From sequence record OR424388.1: DNA of 64,000 nucleotides; one strand, written 5' to 3'. A model generated the notes under the pieces. The model saw only the letters and a program-made list of their open reading frames with translations, was not told where the DNA came from and ran no database searches. The DNA comes from Escherichia phage HEMP5. Positions 53,422 to 64,000 of the stretch are shown in pieces (position 1 is the first letter of the stretch; every line of letters begins with the position of its first letter). A program made the translations under genes and the position numbers.

Positions 53422-53496
53422 AGGCTCTCAAACAAGAACCCTTGATGATAGAGGGTATTAATCAGTGCGGTATGAGTTAATAATAACAAATAATTC

Positions 53497-54012
53497 TTAA
53501 AGCAAATTAAACATTTTAACGGTAGGCAAAACAATTTCTTCTTCTATATAAGAGTATTTAACACTCTCAACTACACGCAAAAAATCATAATCATAATACT
53601 CAGAAGCATTACCTAAAATATTAATAAGTCCTTCAAGCACTTTATTACCATTCACAAAGAATAAGTCAAATACACGTTCTTCATCTTCTTCAGATTTATT
53701 ACCAAGATCAACTTCTATGCGAAAGACCTTTTTAATGAATTCTGGATAAAGCTGGTCTGAGAACAGTCCTTCAACTAAGTATTCATAAATAAAAAGAGAT
53801 TGCTCGCTGAACAAACCATTACCACAATAGCGCTCAATTTTAGTACTAGAATATCTGCTTTTAAACTTCTTTAAAAGATACTGAAATTGTAAGATTTCAT
53901 GCTCTTCTACGCCAAACAGTGTTTTGGTTTTATAGTTGTCACCATCATTTTCCCAGGTAGTGACATCAATTACGTAGCCCTGCGGAATTGTAGTACCTAA
54001 ACAAATATTCAT
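53497..54012 (-). CDS. Hypothetical acidic protein (171 aa)
   Basis: ORF track. Confidence 0.78.
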   Translation of the reverse strand: MNICLGTTIPQGYVIDVTTWENDGDNYKTKTLFGVEEHEILQFQYLLKKFKSRYSSTKIERYCGNGLFSEQSLFIYEYLVEGLFSDQLYPEFIKKVFRIEVDLGNKSEEDEERVFDLFFVNGNKVLEGLINILGNASEYYDYDFLRVVESVKYSYIEEEIVLPTVKMFNLL

Positions 54013-54015
54013 TTT

Positions 54016-54306
54016 TCACCACGCTGCGTTAATGTAAGTATATTTAATACATTCAAGACCCAAAGGATTCTTGAAAATATCATATTCAAGAGGACCTTTT
54101 TCTGTTTCAATAAAGAAATCAAAATTTACTGTATTAAATTTACGGTCTTCCTTCACTAATTTAACTTGTGAAGATGAACGGTCAATGTAAACCTTTTCAA
54201 CTTCAAAACATGTTAAAATGCCATAATCATCAATCAAGGCTTTAGCTGCTTCTTGATCATATTTATATCCATTTTCAATGGATGATACTTTAGCATAAAG
54301 AATCAT
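54016..54306 (-). CDS. Hypothetical protein (96 aa)
   Basis: ORF track 54016..54312 begins at a TTG. ATG at 54306. Confidence 0.72.
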   Translation of the reverse strand: MILYAKVSSIENGYKYDQEAAKALIDDYGILTCFEVEKVYIDRSSSQVKLVKEDRKFNTVNFDFFIETEKGPLEYDIFKNPLGLECIKYTYINAAW

Positions 54307-54308
54307 TA

Positions 54309-54710
54309 TCAACCTTCATCAACAACAGTATGCGTATTGGCATTTACGATTTGCCACCAATCAAAGCGATTAGAACCATACATCGGTTTGTTTTCATTTT
54401 CTTTGATAATGTCACGGAGTTCATCTTCAGAGAATGCTTTAGCGATTAAATCGGTATACCCACCACGTGGATAATAATTATCACCTGCAAACAAAAGGAA
54501 ATTTACCTTCCCGGAAGGAACATACGCTTCCTTAGGATACTTGTTTCCTGCGTGGTCAACCACTTCAATATAACGGTAAGGAATATCGGTTCTTTCAACC
54601 CATTGCCATGCCGCTGCAGGGGAATCGAAAGCATCTACACCTAAACGATTATCTTCATCTTTAGACGGATTATTTTCGTAATCCGCATATACATAATATT
54701 CAACGTTCAT
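54309..54710 (-). CDS. Hypothetical protein (133 aa)
   Basis: ORF track. ATG overlaps the upstream stop (TAATG-type). Confidence 0.78.
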   Translation of the reverse strand: MNVEYYVYADYENNPSKDEDNRLGVDAFDSPAAAWQWVERTDIPYRYIEVVDHAGNKYPKEAYVPSGKVNFLLFAGDNYYPRGGYTDLIAKAFSEDELRDIIKENENKPMYGSNRFDWWQIVNANTHTVVDEG

Positions 54711-54895
54711 TATTCACCTTTAGAAATTTTATCCATAACGATAGCAATTAAACCAATTAAAAATGCTACTACAAGTGAAAAAACATTTTCTGCCGTAGTC
54801 AATAATCCGCATATAAATCCAACAAACATTGAAAAACTGAAAGCGGAAGCAGAAATTGCAATAGCAACATTTCGAATTAATTCACAGCGTTTCAT
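54710..54895 (-). CDS. Small membrane protein (61 aa)
   Basis: ORF track 54710..55036, whose N-terminus reads through the promoter. The ATG at 54895 after GAGGAGAATAAA gives MKRCELIRNVAIAISASAFSFSMFVGFICGLL... Confidence 0.68.
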   Translation of the reverse strand: MKRCELIRNVAIAISASAFSFSMFVGFICGLLTTAENVFSLVVAFLIGLIAIVMDKISKGE

Positions 54896-54923
54896 TTTAT
54901 TCTCCTCAGTAGTTGATAGGGTA

Positions 54924-54953
54924 ATAGTATCACTACCCCATCTAAAAGTAAAT
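54924..54953 (-). promoter_or_regulatory. T4-type early promoter
   Basis: Minus strand ATTTAC-N17-(GA)TACTATTACCCTATCAACTACTGAGGAG. Confidence 0.7.
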
Positions 54954-55187
54954 TTATTTTTTACGAAAAATTGATTTATTTTCTGCTGCCCATTTTTCAA
55001 TAACTGCAGCAGGACCAGTAACAACAATTTTATCACCGTAAACTTCTGCGGCGAGTTGACCGAAATTATCTAATGCATCACGAAGAACTCCATGAGGCAT
55101 TTCACCCATTTTATCTTTCTTGCCGGTGTAAATAAACTCAACTTTTGCATCAGAAGATTCAGCGATAAATTCTTTGAAAGTTTTCAT
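54954..55187 (-). CDS. Internal head protein candidate (77 aa)
   Basis: ORF track 54954..55199. The ATG at 55187 gives the capsid-targeting sequence MKTFKEFIAE followed by SSDAK. Confidence 0.72.
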   Translation of the reverse strand: MKTFKEFIAESSDAKVEFIYTGKKDKMGEMPHGVLRDALDNFGQLAAEVYGDKIVVTGPAAVIEKWAAENKSIFRKK

Positions 55188-55224
55188 TTTAGTTTCCATT
55201 CGATTGTTTTGTTTTGATAGGGTA

Positions 55225-55254
55225 ATAGTATCACAACTAAAACCCTATGTAAAC
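55225..55254 (-). promoter_or_regulatory. T4-type early promoter
   Basis: Minus strand TTTCACAAAGTTGTTTACA-N17-(GA)TACTATTACCCTATC. Confidence 0.75.
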
Positions 55255-55266
55255 AACTTTGTGAAA

Positions 55267-55524
55267 TTATTTTAAATCTTCTAATCGTTTCTTCATCTTA
55301 GAACCATTTTTAGCAATTTCTCCTGCATCGGAGCATAATGCTAAAAGTGCTTTAACTTTAGTTTGGTCTCCTTTAAAAGATGAAGGATCGACTGCAGCAG
55401 CAAGTTCTTTAATACGAGAGAAAAGACGCTCAGCTTCAGCTAAAGCCATTCCAAGCTTTACTTCCATACCGTGAGAAGATTCAGTGATAGTAGTTTTTGT
55501 AGCAAACTCTTTGAAAGTTTTCAT
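55267..55524 (-). CDS. Internal head protein candidate (85 aa), paralog of 47222-47503
   Basis: ORF track. N-terminus MKTFKEFATKTTITE followed by SSHG. The body aligns by eye with the 93-aa ORF next to gene e (KLG.AL.EAE.L..RI.ELA...EIAKNGS.MK.RLE). Confidence 0.72.
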   Translation of the reverse strand: MKTFKEFATKTTITESSHGMEVKLGMALAEAERLFSRIKELAAAVDPSSFKGDQTKVKALLALCSDAGEIAKNGSKMKKRLEDLK

Positions 55525-55554
55525 TTTATTTTCCTAATTAATTTTGATGAGATA

Positions 55555-55584
55555 ATAGTATCACTATCTCATCAGCATGTAAAC
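55555..55584 (-). promoter_or_regulatory. T4-type early promoter
   Basis: Minus strand TTTCACAAAGTTGTTTACA-N17-(GA)TACTATTATCTCATC. The upstream 32 nt are identical to those of the promoter at 55225-55254. Confidence 0.75.
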
Positions 55585-55596
55585 AACTTTGTGAAA

Positions 55597-56293
<697 letters not shown>

Positions 56294-56294
<1 letters not shown>

Positions 56295-57019
56295 TATAGT
56301 ACCTTTAGTGTATTTTTAATTTTAGAAAAAAGTTCTTCAAGAGAACCATCGTTTGTAATTACTAAATCGCCATCACGAATTGGCAATCCAGCTTCTGTAA
56401 TATGTGTATCATTGGATTTTTGACCAGGACGAACTACATGAATTACTGTAGCACCCATCGCCCTAGCCGCATCCATTTCATGATCTTGACGGGTATCAGG
56501 AACGATATAATAATCATAACCTGAGTTAAATTTATCAAGATAATCTAAAGCAAATAATTTTACCCAGTACATGCGGTCGAAGTTATTAACAATCAAATCC
56601 GTACCTAGGGCTTGCATCAGACGACGGACTGACCATTGATCTTCAATATTATTTATAACGTCAGTAATTTTGTTAAATGCTACGAAATTAACTGATTCTT
56701 TTCCTTCGTCGTCAAAAACAAACACGCCTTTAATCGGGCTTTTACTATTAAGATAGCAAAATGCTTGTTCCATAATCATAATTACTTCTAATTTAGTCAA
56801 ATTCAAATTAGTCTCACGATCATAGTCAATTCCTTCAAACTCTTTACGAGTTAAGCAAGGATAATCATTGTTTGCAGCAAATACACCCCATGCATAAGCC
56901 AATGCATCCTTAATAGGACCAGCAAGTTGATATTTAACTGCAGAATAATTATTCATGATAAAATCTGCAGTAGTATCTTTTCCACTACGCTTTACACCAC
57001 TTAAAAAGATTAGTTTCAT
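56294..57019 (-). CDS. 1: Deoxynucleoside monophosphate kinase, gene 1
   Basis: 241 aa. P-loop GVKRSGKDT. Matches T4 gp1. Confidence 0.95.
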
Positions 57020-57068
57020 GTGTTTCTCCTCAAATTTAGTTAAGATTATAACACATGAAACTGAAGCA

Positions 57069-57599
57069 TTAAACTTCTGCTATAATTTTGCCATCTTTTT
57101 CTACTTGAAAATACGTATAAGGAATCGTTGCTGTGCATACTAAAGCCGGGTCTGAATCTTCCGTGTAGCTAAATTCTACTTCAGACAGGTCAGAAACCCA
57201 GGGCTTATAAAAATTTATTGACATCACGATTTCAGTTTTACTATTATCTAAAATGTAAAGCGTAATGTATTCAGGACCTGTTTTTTGGGCAGTATTTTCG
57301 CCTGTAAGATAGTTACTAGTTCCTAACATCCATTCATACATTCCTATCCACGACTTAAGTTCTTCATCAACTATAAATCTCACAATGAGTGGATCATACT
57401 CAAATGTAACACCTGGACGTTGTGCTCGACCCAGGCCAAATGGCCCAGTCACGGTATCAGTAACAGGTATTCTAATTCCTGGAATAGGAACTGACTGAGC
57501 ATTTAAAGTAAAAGCAGATGTAGTATTACTATGTGGTATTGATACTACAAAGTTAGTTGTATTTGCTTGGTTAAAAATTTGTTGCAGAGCTTGCGACAT
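57069..57599 (-). CDS. 3: Tail tube terminator / sheath stabilizer, gene 3
   Basis: ORF track 57069..57680. The ATG at 57599 (MSQALQQIFNQANTTNFVVSIPH...) gives 176 aa, as in T4 gp3. Confidence 0.93.
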   Translation of the reverse strand: MSQALQQIFNQANTTNFVVSIPHSNTTSAFTLNAQSVPIPGIRIPVTDTVTGPFGLGRAQRPGVTFEYDPLIVRFIVDEELKSWIGMYEWMLGTSNYLTGENTAQKTGPEYITLYILDNSKTEIVMSINFYKPWVSDLSEVEFSYTEDSDPALVCTATIPYTYFQVEKDGKIIAEV

Positions 57600-57705
57600 A
57601 TATTCCTCATAATGCTTTATAACTGTTGGTGGTATAATGGGTCTAAGTCCCTTCCATTCAATTCCATTTAGAACAAACAACAGAAAAGAATGGAAGATAA
57701 TAGAA

Positions 57706-58530
57706 TTAGATATTTGACCAGACTTTGTTTGCAGAGAAACGTTTTCCTTTTGAAACGAACTGCTGAAGTGGCATCAATACAACGTTCGCCCAGTCTTTCG
57801 GGGCGATTTCAACAAGGCTACCCATAATATTACCAGGTATATATGCCTTAATCATTTGGTCTGCGCCCCTAAATCCTTTCACTTGACTCCAATCAATTTT
57901 TAATTTCGTTTTATTAGTAATAGTAGGTGTATTTGCATATTGCTTTAAAAGCTCTTCTAGGAATTGCTGACGAGCTTTAGGTGGAATATAGTGCAAGTTT
58001 AATCCGTACATTAAGTTATGCTTACCTAAACCAAGATAAATTATCAAAGGAAATTTATCCCAGTAAGGAAGAGTTTCCTTGTGTTTAGCGTCATAAGCAA
58101 AAGCATATATTCGTCCCGGCTGCGGGCGAACAACTTTATGTCCTTTTACTTGCTTAATAGTTTCAGCAAACCATTTTCTGGTTTTATTATTAATTGCTGC
58201 ACCTTCATTACGAATTTTATCACGCAATGTTTGTCTGAATGAATTTATCATAAGCAGTTGTCTTTCTTGCTTATTGAGCTTATTCATTGGTTTTGATTCA
58301 AGCTTTTGAATCTTTTCAGCCGTTTTAATTCCTGAAGCATATTTTGACATTGCCGAAGTAAACGTAGAGTATTTGATTCCTCTTTCTTCAGCAAATTGCT
58401 TTCCTGTCATTCCTTTTGCTTTGGCCTTTTTATATTCAAGACCTATTTGAATCCATTTCTTTTCGTTTAATGATTGCTTAACCTTTGGAACTTGGGGAGT
58501 GCTTTCATTAATTATTTGAAAAATAGCCAT
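57706..58530 (-). CDS. 2: DNA end-protector protein, gene 2
   Basis: 274 aa, basic. Position and size as in T4 gp2. Confidence 0.93.
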
Positions 58531-58982
58531 TATGCCCCCTTAAAGCCAAGAGCTCGTAATCCATCTTCTGTTAGAATTCTAAATTTTATTCCACGCTTTT
58601 CAGCTAAAGCTTGCGCTGCTTTCCATTTGTCGGTATTAACGGAATATGTATAAATTTCATTCATAAATCTTTTCTTCGCTGCAGTTGTTAGATGTGCTGG
58701 TTTAACTGGTGGTTGTGTTTCTTTTTTAGGTTTTATTTCAATAAAAAATTCTTGTCCAGAAGAATCTTTCATCCAAATATCCATGAAGTATCTACGTTTT
58801 TTCCCTTCTGCATTACAAAAATAAGGAATTACTGCTGTTTCACTACCCCATGCAATAATTTCTGGATTTTTATCTAACCATTCAAAAAAGAATTTTTCCC
58901 AATTTGATCTATACGTAATTTTTTTAGGGTCACCTCTATATTTTGATATATTTTTAGGAACCCATTTTCCAGAATATGCCAT
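58530..58982 (-). CDS. 4: Head completion protein, gene 4
   Basis: 150 aa, [40 protein letters not shown]... Matches T4 gp4. Confidence 0.93.
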
Positions 58983-58993
58983 TGGATTCTCCT

Positions 58994-59001
58994 TATAAAT
59001 A
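58994..59001 (+). promoter_or_regulatory. Late promoter TATAAATA for gene 53
   Basis: Exact TATAAATA on the plus strand, 29 nt upstream of the gene 53 ATG. Confidence 0.78.
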
Positions 59002-59008
59002 GATAATA

Positions 59009-59016
59009 TATTTATA
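59009..59016 (-). promoter_or_regulatory. Late promoter TATAAATA for gene 4 (divergent)
   Basis: Exact TATAAATA on the minus strand, 27 nt upstream of the gene 4 ATG. Confidence 0.75.
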
Positions 59017-59029
59017 AACAGGAGGGCCC

Positions 59030-59620
59030 ATGCTCTTTACATTTTTTGATCCGATTGAATATGCGGCCAAAACGGTGAATAAAAACGCGCCGACTATTCC
59101 TATGACAGATATTTTTAGAAACTATAAAGACTATTTTAAACGCGCTCTTGCGGGATACCGCTTACGTACTTATTATATCAAAGGTTCACCACGCCCGGAA
59201 GAATTAGCAAATACTATATATGGAAATCCACAGTTGTATTGGGTTTTATTGATGTGTAATGATAATTATGACCCGTATTATGGATGGATTACTTCACAAG
59301 AAGCAGCTTATCAAGCATCTATACAAAAATACAAAAATGTAGGTGGAGACCAAATAGTATATCATGTGAATGAGAACGGTGAAAAATTTTATAATTTAAT
59401 ATCATACGATGATAATCCATATGTTTGGTATGATAAAGGTGATAAAGCTAGAAAATATCCTCAATATGAAGGAGCACTTGCTGCTGTTAATACGTATGAA
59501 GATGCTGTTCTTGAAAATGAAAAACTTCGTCAAATAAAAATAATAGCAAAATCAGACATTAATTCATTTATGAACGACCTTATACGTATAATGGAGAAAT
59601 CTTATGGAAATGATAAGTAA
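59030..59620 (+). CDS. 53: Baseplate wedge protein gp53
   Basis: 196 aa, after a GGAGGG Shine-Dalgarno. Matches T4 gp53 in size and position. Confidence 0.94.
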   Translation: MLFTFFDPIEYAAKTVNKNAPTIPMTDIFRNYKDYFKRALAGYRLRTYYIKGSPRPEELANTIYGNPQLYWVLLMCNDNYDPYYGWITSQEAAYQASIQKYKNVGGDQIVYHVNENGEKFYNLISYDDNPYVWYDKGDKARKYPQYEGALAAVNTYEDAVLENEKLRQIKIIAKSDINSFMNDLIRIMEKSYGNDK

Positions 59621-61331
59621 TAACCTTAATTGGTTTGTTGGTGTTGTTGAAGATAGAATGGACCCATTAAAATTAGGTCGTGTTCGTGTTCGTGTGGTTG
59701 GTCTGCATCCACCTCAAAGAGCACAAGGCGATGTAATGGGTATTCCAACTGAAAAATTACCATGGATGTCAGTTATTCAACCTATAACTTCTGCAGCAAT
59801 GTCTGGAATTGGAGGTTCTGTTACTGGACCGGTAGAAGGAACTAGAGTTTATGGTCATTTTTTAGACAAATGGAAAACTAACGGAATTGTCCTTGGCACG
59901 TATGGTGGAATAGTTCGCGAAAAACCGAATAGACTTGAAGGATTTTCTGACCCAACTGGGCAATATCCTAGACGTTTAGGAAATGATACTAATGTATTAA
60001 ACCAAGGCGGAGAAGTAGGATATGATTCGTCTTCTAACATTATCCAAGATAGTAACTTAGACACTGCAATAAATCCCGATGATAGACCACTATCAGAGAT
60101 TCCAACCGATGATAATCCAAATATGTCAATGGCTGACATGCTTCGCCGTGATGAAGGATTAAGACTAAAAGTTTATTGGGATACTGAAGGATATCCGACA
60201 ATTGGTATTGGTCATCTTATCATGAAGCAGCCAGTTCGTGATATGGCTCAAATTAATAAAGTTTTATCAAAACAAGTTGGTCGTGAAATTACTGGAAACC
60301 CAGGTTCTATTACGATGGAAGAGGCGACGACTTTATTTGAACGTGATTTGGCTGATATGCAACGGGACATTAAATCACATTCTAAAGTAGGACCAGTCTG
60401 GCAAGCTGTCAACCGTTCTCGTCAAATGGCGTTAGAAAATATGGCATTTCAAATGGGTGTTGGCGGTGTAGCTAAATTTAACACAATGTTAACTGCTATG
60501 TTAGCCGGAGATTGGGAAAAAGCATATAAAGCCGGTCGTGATTCATTGTGGTATCAACAAACAAAAGGCCGTGCATCCCGTGTTACCATGATTATTCTTA
60601 CGGGGAATTTGGAATCATATGGTGTTGAAGTGAAAACCCCAGCTAGGTCTCTATCAGCAATGGCTGCTACTGTAGCTAAATCTTCTGACCCGGCTGACCC
60701 TCCTATTCCAAATGACTCGAGAATTTTATTCAAAGAACCAGTTTCTTCATATAAAGGTGAATATCCTTATGTGCATACAATGGAAACTGAAAGCGGACAT
60801 ATTCAGGAATTTGATGATACTCCTGGGCAAGAACGATACAGATTAGTTCATCCGACTGGAACTTATGAAGAAGTATCACCGTCAGGAAGAAGAACAAGAA
60901 AAACTGTCGATAATTTGTATGATATAACCAACGCTGATGGTAATTTTTTGGTAGCCGGTGATAAAAAGACTAACGTCGGTGGATCAGAAATTTATTACAA
61001 CATGGATAATCGTCTTCACCAAATAGATGGAAGCAATACAATATTTGTACGTGGCGATGAAACTAAGACAGTTGAAGGCAATGGAACTATCCTAGTTAAA
61101 GGTAATGTTACTATTGTAGTTGAAGGTAATGCTGACATTACAGTTAAAGGAGATGCTACCACTTTAGTTGAAGGAAATCAAACTAACACAGTAAATGGAA
61201 ATCTTTCTTGGAAAGTTGCTGGGACAGTTGATTGGGACGTTGGTGGTGATTGGACAGAAAAAATGGCATCTATGAGTTCTATTTCATCTGGTCAATACAC
61301 AATTGATGGATCGAGGATTGACATTGGCTAA
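59604..61331 (+). CDS. 5: Baseplate central spike with tail lysozyme, gene 5
   Basis: 575 aa, MEMISNNLNWFVGVVEDRMDPLKLGRVRVRVVG... Internal lysozyme domain (EGLRLKVYWDTEGYPTIGIGH) and C-terminal beta-helix repeats (VxGNxT). Confidence 0.97.
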   Translation: MEMISNNLNWFVGVVEDRMDPLKLGRVRVRVVGLHPPQRAQGDVMGIPTEKLPWMSVIQPITSAAMSGIGGSVTGPVEGTRVYGHFLDKWKTNGIVLGTYGGIVREKPNRLEGFSDPTGQYPRRLGNDTNVLNQGGEVGYDSSSNIIQDSNLDTAINPDDRPLSEIPTDDNPNMSMADMLRRDEGLRLKVYWDTEGYPTIGIGHLIMKQPVRDMAQINKVLSKQVGREITGNPGSITMEEATTLFERDLADMQRDIKSHSKVGPVWQAVNRSRQMALENMAFQMGVGGVAKFNTMLTAMLAGDWEKAYKAGRDSLWYQQTKGRASRVTMIILTGNLESYGVEVKTPARSLSAMAATVAKSSDPADPPIPNDSRILFKEPVSSYKGEYPYVHTMETESGHIQEFDDTPGQERYRLVHPTGTYEEVSPSGRRTRKTVDNLYDITNADGNFLVAGDKKTNVGGSEIYYNMDNRLHQIDGSNTIFVRGDETKTVEGNGTILVKGNVTIVVEGNADITVKGDATTLVEGNQTNTVNGNLSWKVAGTVDWDVGGDWTEKMASMSSISSGQYTIDGSRIDIG

Positions 61332-61341
61332 TATACTTCCA

Positions 61342-61860
61342 ATGAGCGCTGATTTAGGAGAATCCATGGAAGGTTCTTCTATCGACGTCACCTTTACCGC
61401 TCAATTAGAAACAGGTGAAACGTTAGTATCTATAAATATAACTAGTTACGAAGAAACTCCTGGGGTTTTAGTAGAAGAAAATCGCTTATACGGAACATAT
61501 GAATCTGTGTTTGGATTTGGAAATGACGCGTTGAAATATCGTTTAGGCGATGAATTTAAAACTGCTGCTTCATGGGAAGAACTTCCTACTGATTCTGATA
61601 CTCAGTTGTATTTATGGAAAGCTCCTCAAAACCTCCAGAAGACATTCACTTACGAAGTAACATTAATATATGACTACCAAGAACAAAGTGAATCTGGAGG
61701 TTCTGGCAGTAATTCTAGGTCATCTTCTGATACTACTGAACCGACAGATCCTCCTGCTCCAGTAAGAAAAACTCTCGTTAAAAATTATACTAAAACTATA
61801 GTTGGAAATTGGAGTCGTTGGGCTAATAAATTAAGAAGCTATGTGTATGAGAGGTCATAG
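61342..61860 (+). CDS. 5.1: Conserved protein 5.1
   Basis: ORF track 61303..61860. The first ATG clear of gene 5 is at 61342 ([13 protein letters not shown]...). Start uncertain. Confidence 0.75.
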
Positions 61861-62154
61861 ATGTCAGGATTAAGTTATGATAAATGTGTTACTGCTGGTC
61901 ATGAAGCATGGCCTCCAACAGTTGTGAATGCTACACAAAGTAAAGTATTCACTGGAGGAATTGCTGTTCTCGTAGCAGGTGATCCAATTACAGAACATAC
62001 AGAAATTAAAAAGCCATATGAAACACATGGCGGAGTGACACAACCCAGAACTTCTAAGGTATATGTCACTGGAAAGAAAGCCGTTCAAATGGCTGATCCA
62101 ATATCATGCGGTGATACTGTGGCTCAGGCATCATCTAAAGTATTCATTAAATAG
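61861..62154 (+). CDS. 5.4: PAAR-repeat spike-tip protein gp5.4
   Basis: 97 aa, [42 protein letters not shown]... PAAR-like. Confidence 0.9.
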
Positions 62155-62162
62155 GATTTAAA

Positions 62163-64000
62163 ATGGCAAATACCCCTGTAAATTATCAATTAACAAGAAC
62201 AGCAAATGCTATTCCCGAGATATTCGTCGGGGGTACGTTTGCTGAAATAAAACAAAACCTCATTGAATGGCTTAATGGCCAAAATGAATTTTTGGATTAT
62301 GATTTTGAAGGCTCAAGATTAAACGTTCTGTGTGACCTTTTAGCTTATAATACATTGTACATTCAACAGTTTGGTAATGCTGCTGTGTATGAAAGCTTTA
62401 TGCGTACTGCTAACTTACGAAGTTCAGTTGTTCAAGCTGCACAAGATAACGGATATTTACCTACTTCAAAATCCGCTGCGCAGACCGAAATTATGTTAAC
62501 ATGCACCGACGCATTGAATAGGAATTACATTACTATTCCTCGCGGAACTCGCTTTTTAGCATATGCAAAAGATACTTCTGTTAATCCATATAACTTCGTT
62601 TCTACCGAAGACGTTATTGCTATTCGTGATAAAAATAACCAATATTTTCCGCGTTTAAAATTGGCCCAGGGACGTATAGTAAGAACTGAAATCATTTATG
62701 ATAAATTAACACCTATTATCATTTATGATAAAAATATTGATAGAAACCAGGTTAAATTATACGTTGATGGAGCAGAATGGATTAACTGGACAAGAAAGTC
62801 AATGGTTCATGCTGGTTCTACATCGACAATTTACTACATGCGTGAAACTATTGATGGAAATACTGAATTCTATTTTGGTGAAGGTGAAATTTCTGTTAAT
62901 GCTTCTGAAGGAGCTTTGACCGCTAATTATATCGGAGGTCTTAAACCTACTCAGAACTCTACGATTGTTATTGAGTACATCAGTACTAATGGTGCTGACG
63001 CGAACGGAGCAGTCGGATTTTCATACGCAGATACATTAACAAATATAACTGTCATCAATATTAATGAAAATCCAAACGATGACCCAGATTTTGTTGGGGC
63101 AGATGGCGGCGGTGATCCAGAAGATATTGAGCGTATCCGCGAATTGGGTACTATTAAACGCGAAACCCAGCAACGCTGCGTAACTGCGACTGACTATGAT
63201 ACATTCGTTTCAGAGAGATTTGGTTCTATTATTCAAGCAGTTCAGACTTTCACTGATTCTACTAAACCTGGTTATGCATTTATTGCTGCTAAACCTAAAT
63301 CAGGTCTGTATTTAACTACTGTACAGCGTGAAGATATTAAAAATTATCTCAAAGACTATAATTTAGCTCCTATTACGCCATCAATTATTTCTCCTAATTA
63401 TCTTTTTATTAAGACTAATTTAAAAGTCACATATGCTTTAAATAAGCTGCAAGAATCCGAGCAGTGGCTCGAAGGTCAAATAATTGATAAAATTGATCGT
63501 TATTATACCGAAGACGTAGAAATTTTTAATTCATCTTTCGCTAAATCTAAGATGTTGACATATGTAGATGATGCAGATCATTCTATCATTGGTTCATCAG
63601 CGACTATTCAAATTGTTCGTGAAGTACAAAACTTCTATAAAACGCCTGAAGCAGGTATTAAATACAATAATCAAATAAAAGATCGTTCTATGGAATCTAA
63701 TACGTTTTCATTTAATTCTGGACGAAAGGTTGTAAATCCTGATACCGGTTTAGAAGAAGATGTATTATATGACGTTCGCATAGTATCAACAGACCGAGAT
63801 TCTAAAGGAATTGGTAAAGTTATTATTGGTCCATTTGCTTCTGGCGATGTTACAGAAAATGAAAACATTCAGCCATATACAGGCAACGATTTTAACAAAT
63901 TAGCAAATTCTGATGGACGCGACAAATACTATGTTATCGGTGAAATAAATTATCCAGCTGATGTGATTTATTGGAATATCGCTAAAATTAATTTAACATC
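62163..64000 (+). CDS. 6: Baseplate wedge protein gp6, N-terminal about 612 codons (runs off the right edge)
   Basis: ATG at 62163 (MANTPVNYQLTRTANAIPEIFVGGTFAEIKQNLIEWLNGQNEF...). Frame open to the window end. Not in the ORF track because no stop is present. Confidence 0.93.
   Translation, partial: MANTPVNYQLTRTANAIPEIFVGGTFAEIKQNLIEWLNGQNEFLDYDFEGSRLNVLCDLLAYNTLYIQQFGNAAVYESFMRTANLRSSVVQAAQDNGYLPTSKSAAQTEIMLTCTDALNRNYITIPRGTRFLAYAKDTSVNPYNFVSTEDVIAIRDKNNQYFPRLKLAQGRIVRTEIIYDKLTPIIIYDKNIDRNQVKLYVDGAEWINWTRKSMVHAGSTSTIYYMRETIDGNTEFYFGEGEISVNASEGALTANYIGGLKPTQNSTIVIEYISTNGADANGAVGFSYADTLTNITVININENPNDDPDFVGADGGGDPEDIERIRELGTIKRETQQRCVTATDYDTFVSERFGSIIQAVQTFTDSTKPGYAFIAAKPKSGLYLTTVQREDIKNYLKDYNLAPITPSIISPNYLFIKTNLKVTYALNKLQESEQWLEGQIIDKIDRYYTEDVEIFNSSFAKSKMLTYVDDADHSIIGSSATIQIVREVQNFYKTPEAGIKYNNQIKDRSMESNTFSFNSGRKVVNPDTGLEEDVLYDVRIVSTDRDSKGIGKVIIGPFASGDVTENENIQPYTGNDFNKLANSDGRDKYYVIGEINYPADVIYWNIAKINLT

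Noticed and set aside
53421-53497. Possible additional tRNA or promoter between the HNH gene and the 171-aa ORF
   Set aside because: No T-arm (GTTCRANYC) or cloverleaf could be folded, and no GTTTAC/TATAAT or TATAAATA pair is present.

Overview
This window is a contiguous slice of a T-even (T4-like, Tequatrovirus-type) myovirus genome. About 59 kb is transcribed on the minus strand. In ascending coordinates it holds soc, 56, 61, 61.1-dmd, 41, 40, uvsX, a glucosyltransferase, 42, imm, 43, regA, 62, 44, 45, rpbA, 46, 47, a-gt and 55. It continues with nrdH/G/D, 49, pin, nrdC, nrdC.1-nrdC.11, rI, tk, vs, regB and vs.3-vs.8. Then come internal-protein genes, lysozyme e, nudE, a tRNA cluster with stable RNAs, 57B, 57A, 1, 3, 2 and 4. 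From 59030 the strand switches to plus-strand late baseplate genes 53, 5, 5.1, 5.4 and the start of 6. Regulatory grammar is visible throughout: T4-type early promoters (GTTTAC-N17-TAnnnT), MotA-box middle promoters, TATAAATA late promoters, C(UUCG)G hairpins, the gene 43 operator hairpin and many ATGA/TAATG coupled gene junctions. Several features differ from the T4 reference as I remember it. (1) A 280-aa DxD glycosyltransferase replaces b-gt (T2/T6-type). (2) denV is reduced to a 33-codon stump. (3) There is no dam-sized gene between 56 and 61. (4) nrdD is intronless. (5) No mobB/mobC/mobD/segB-type genes sit at their T4 positions. (6) Two different free-standing homing-endonuclease genes abut the tRNA genes, and tRNA-Gln is missing. 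(7) The ipI-type locus carries alternative capsid-targeted internal proteins. Together these suggest a T6/T2-like relative rather than T4 itself. No CRISPR array, rRNA or integrase-type element was seen. The most interesting material is the accessory or uncharacterised gene sets listed in the findings.
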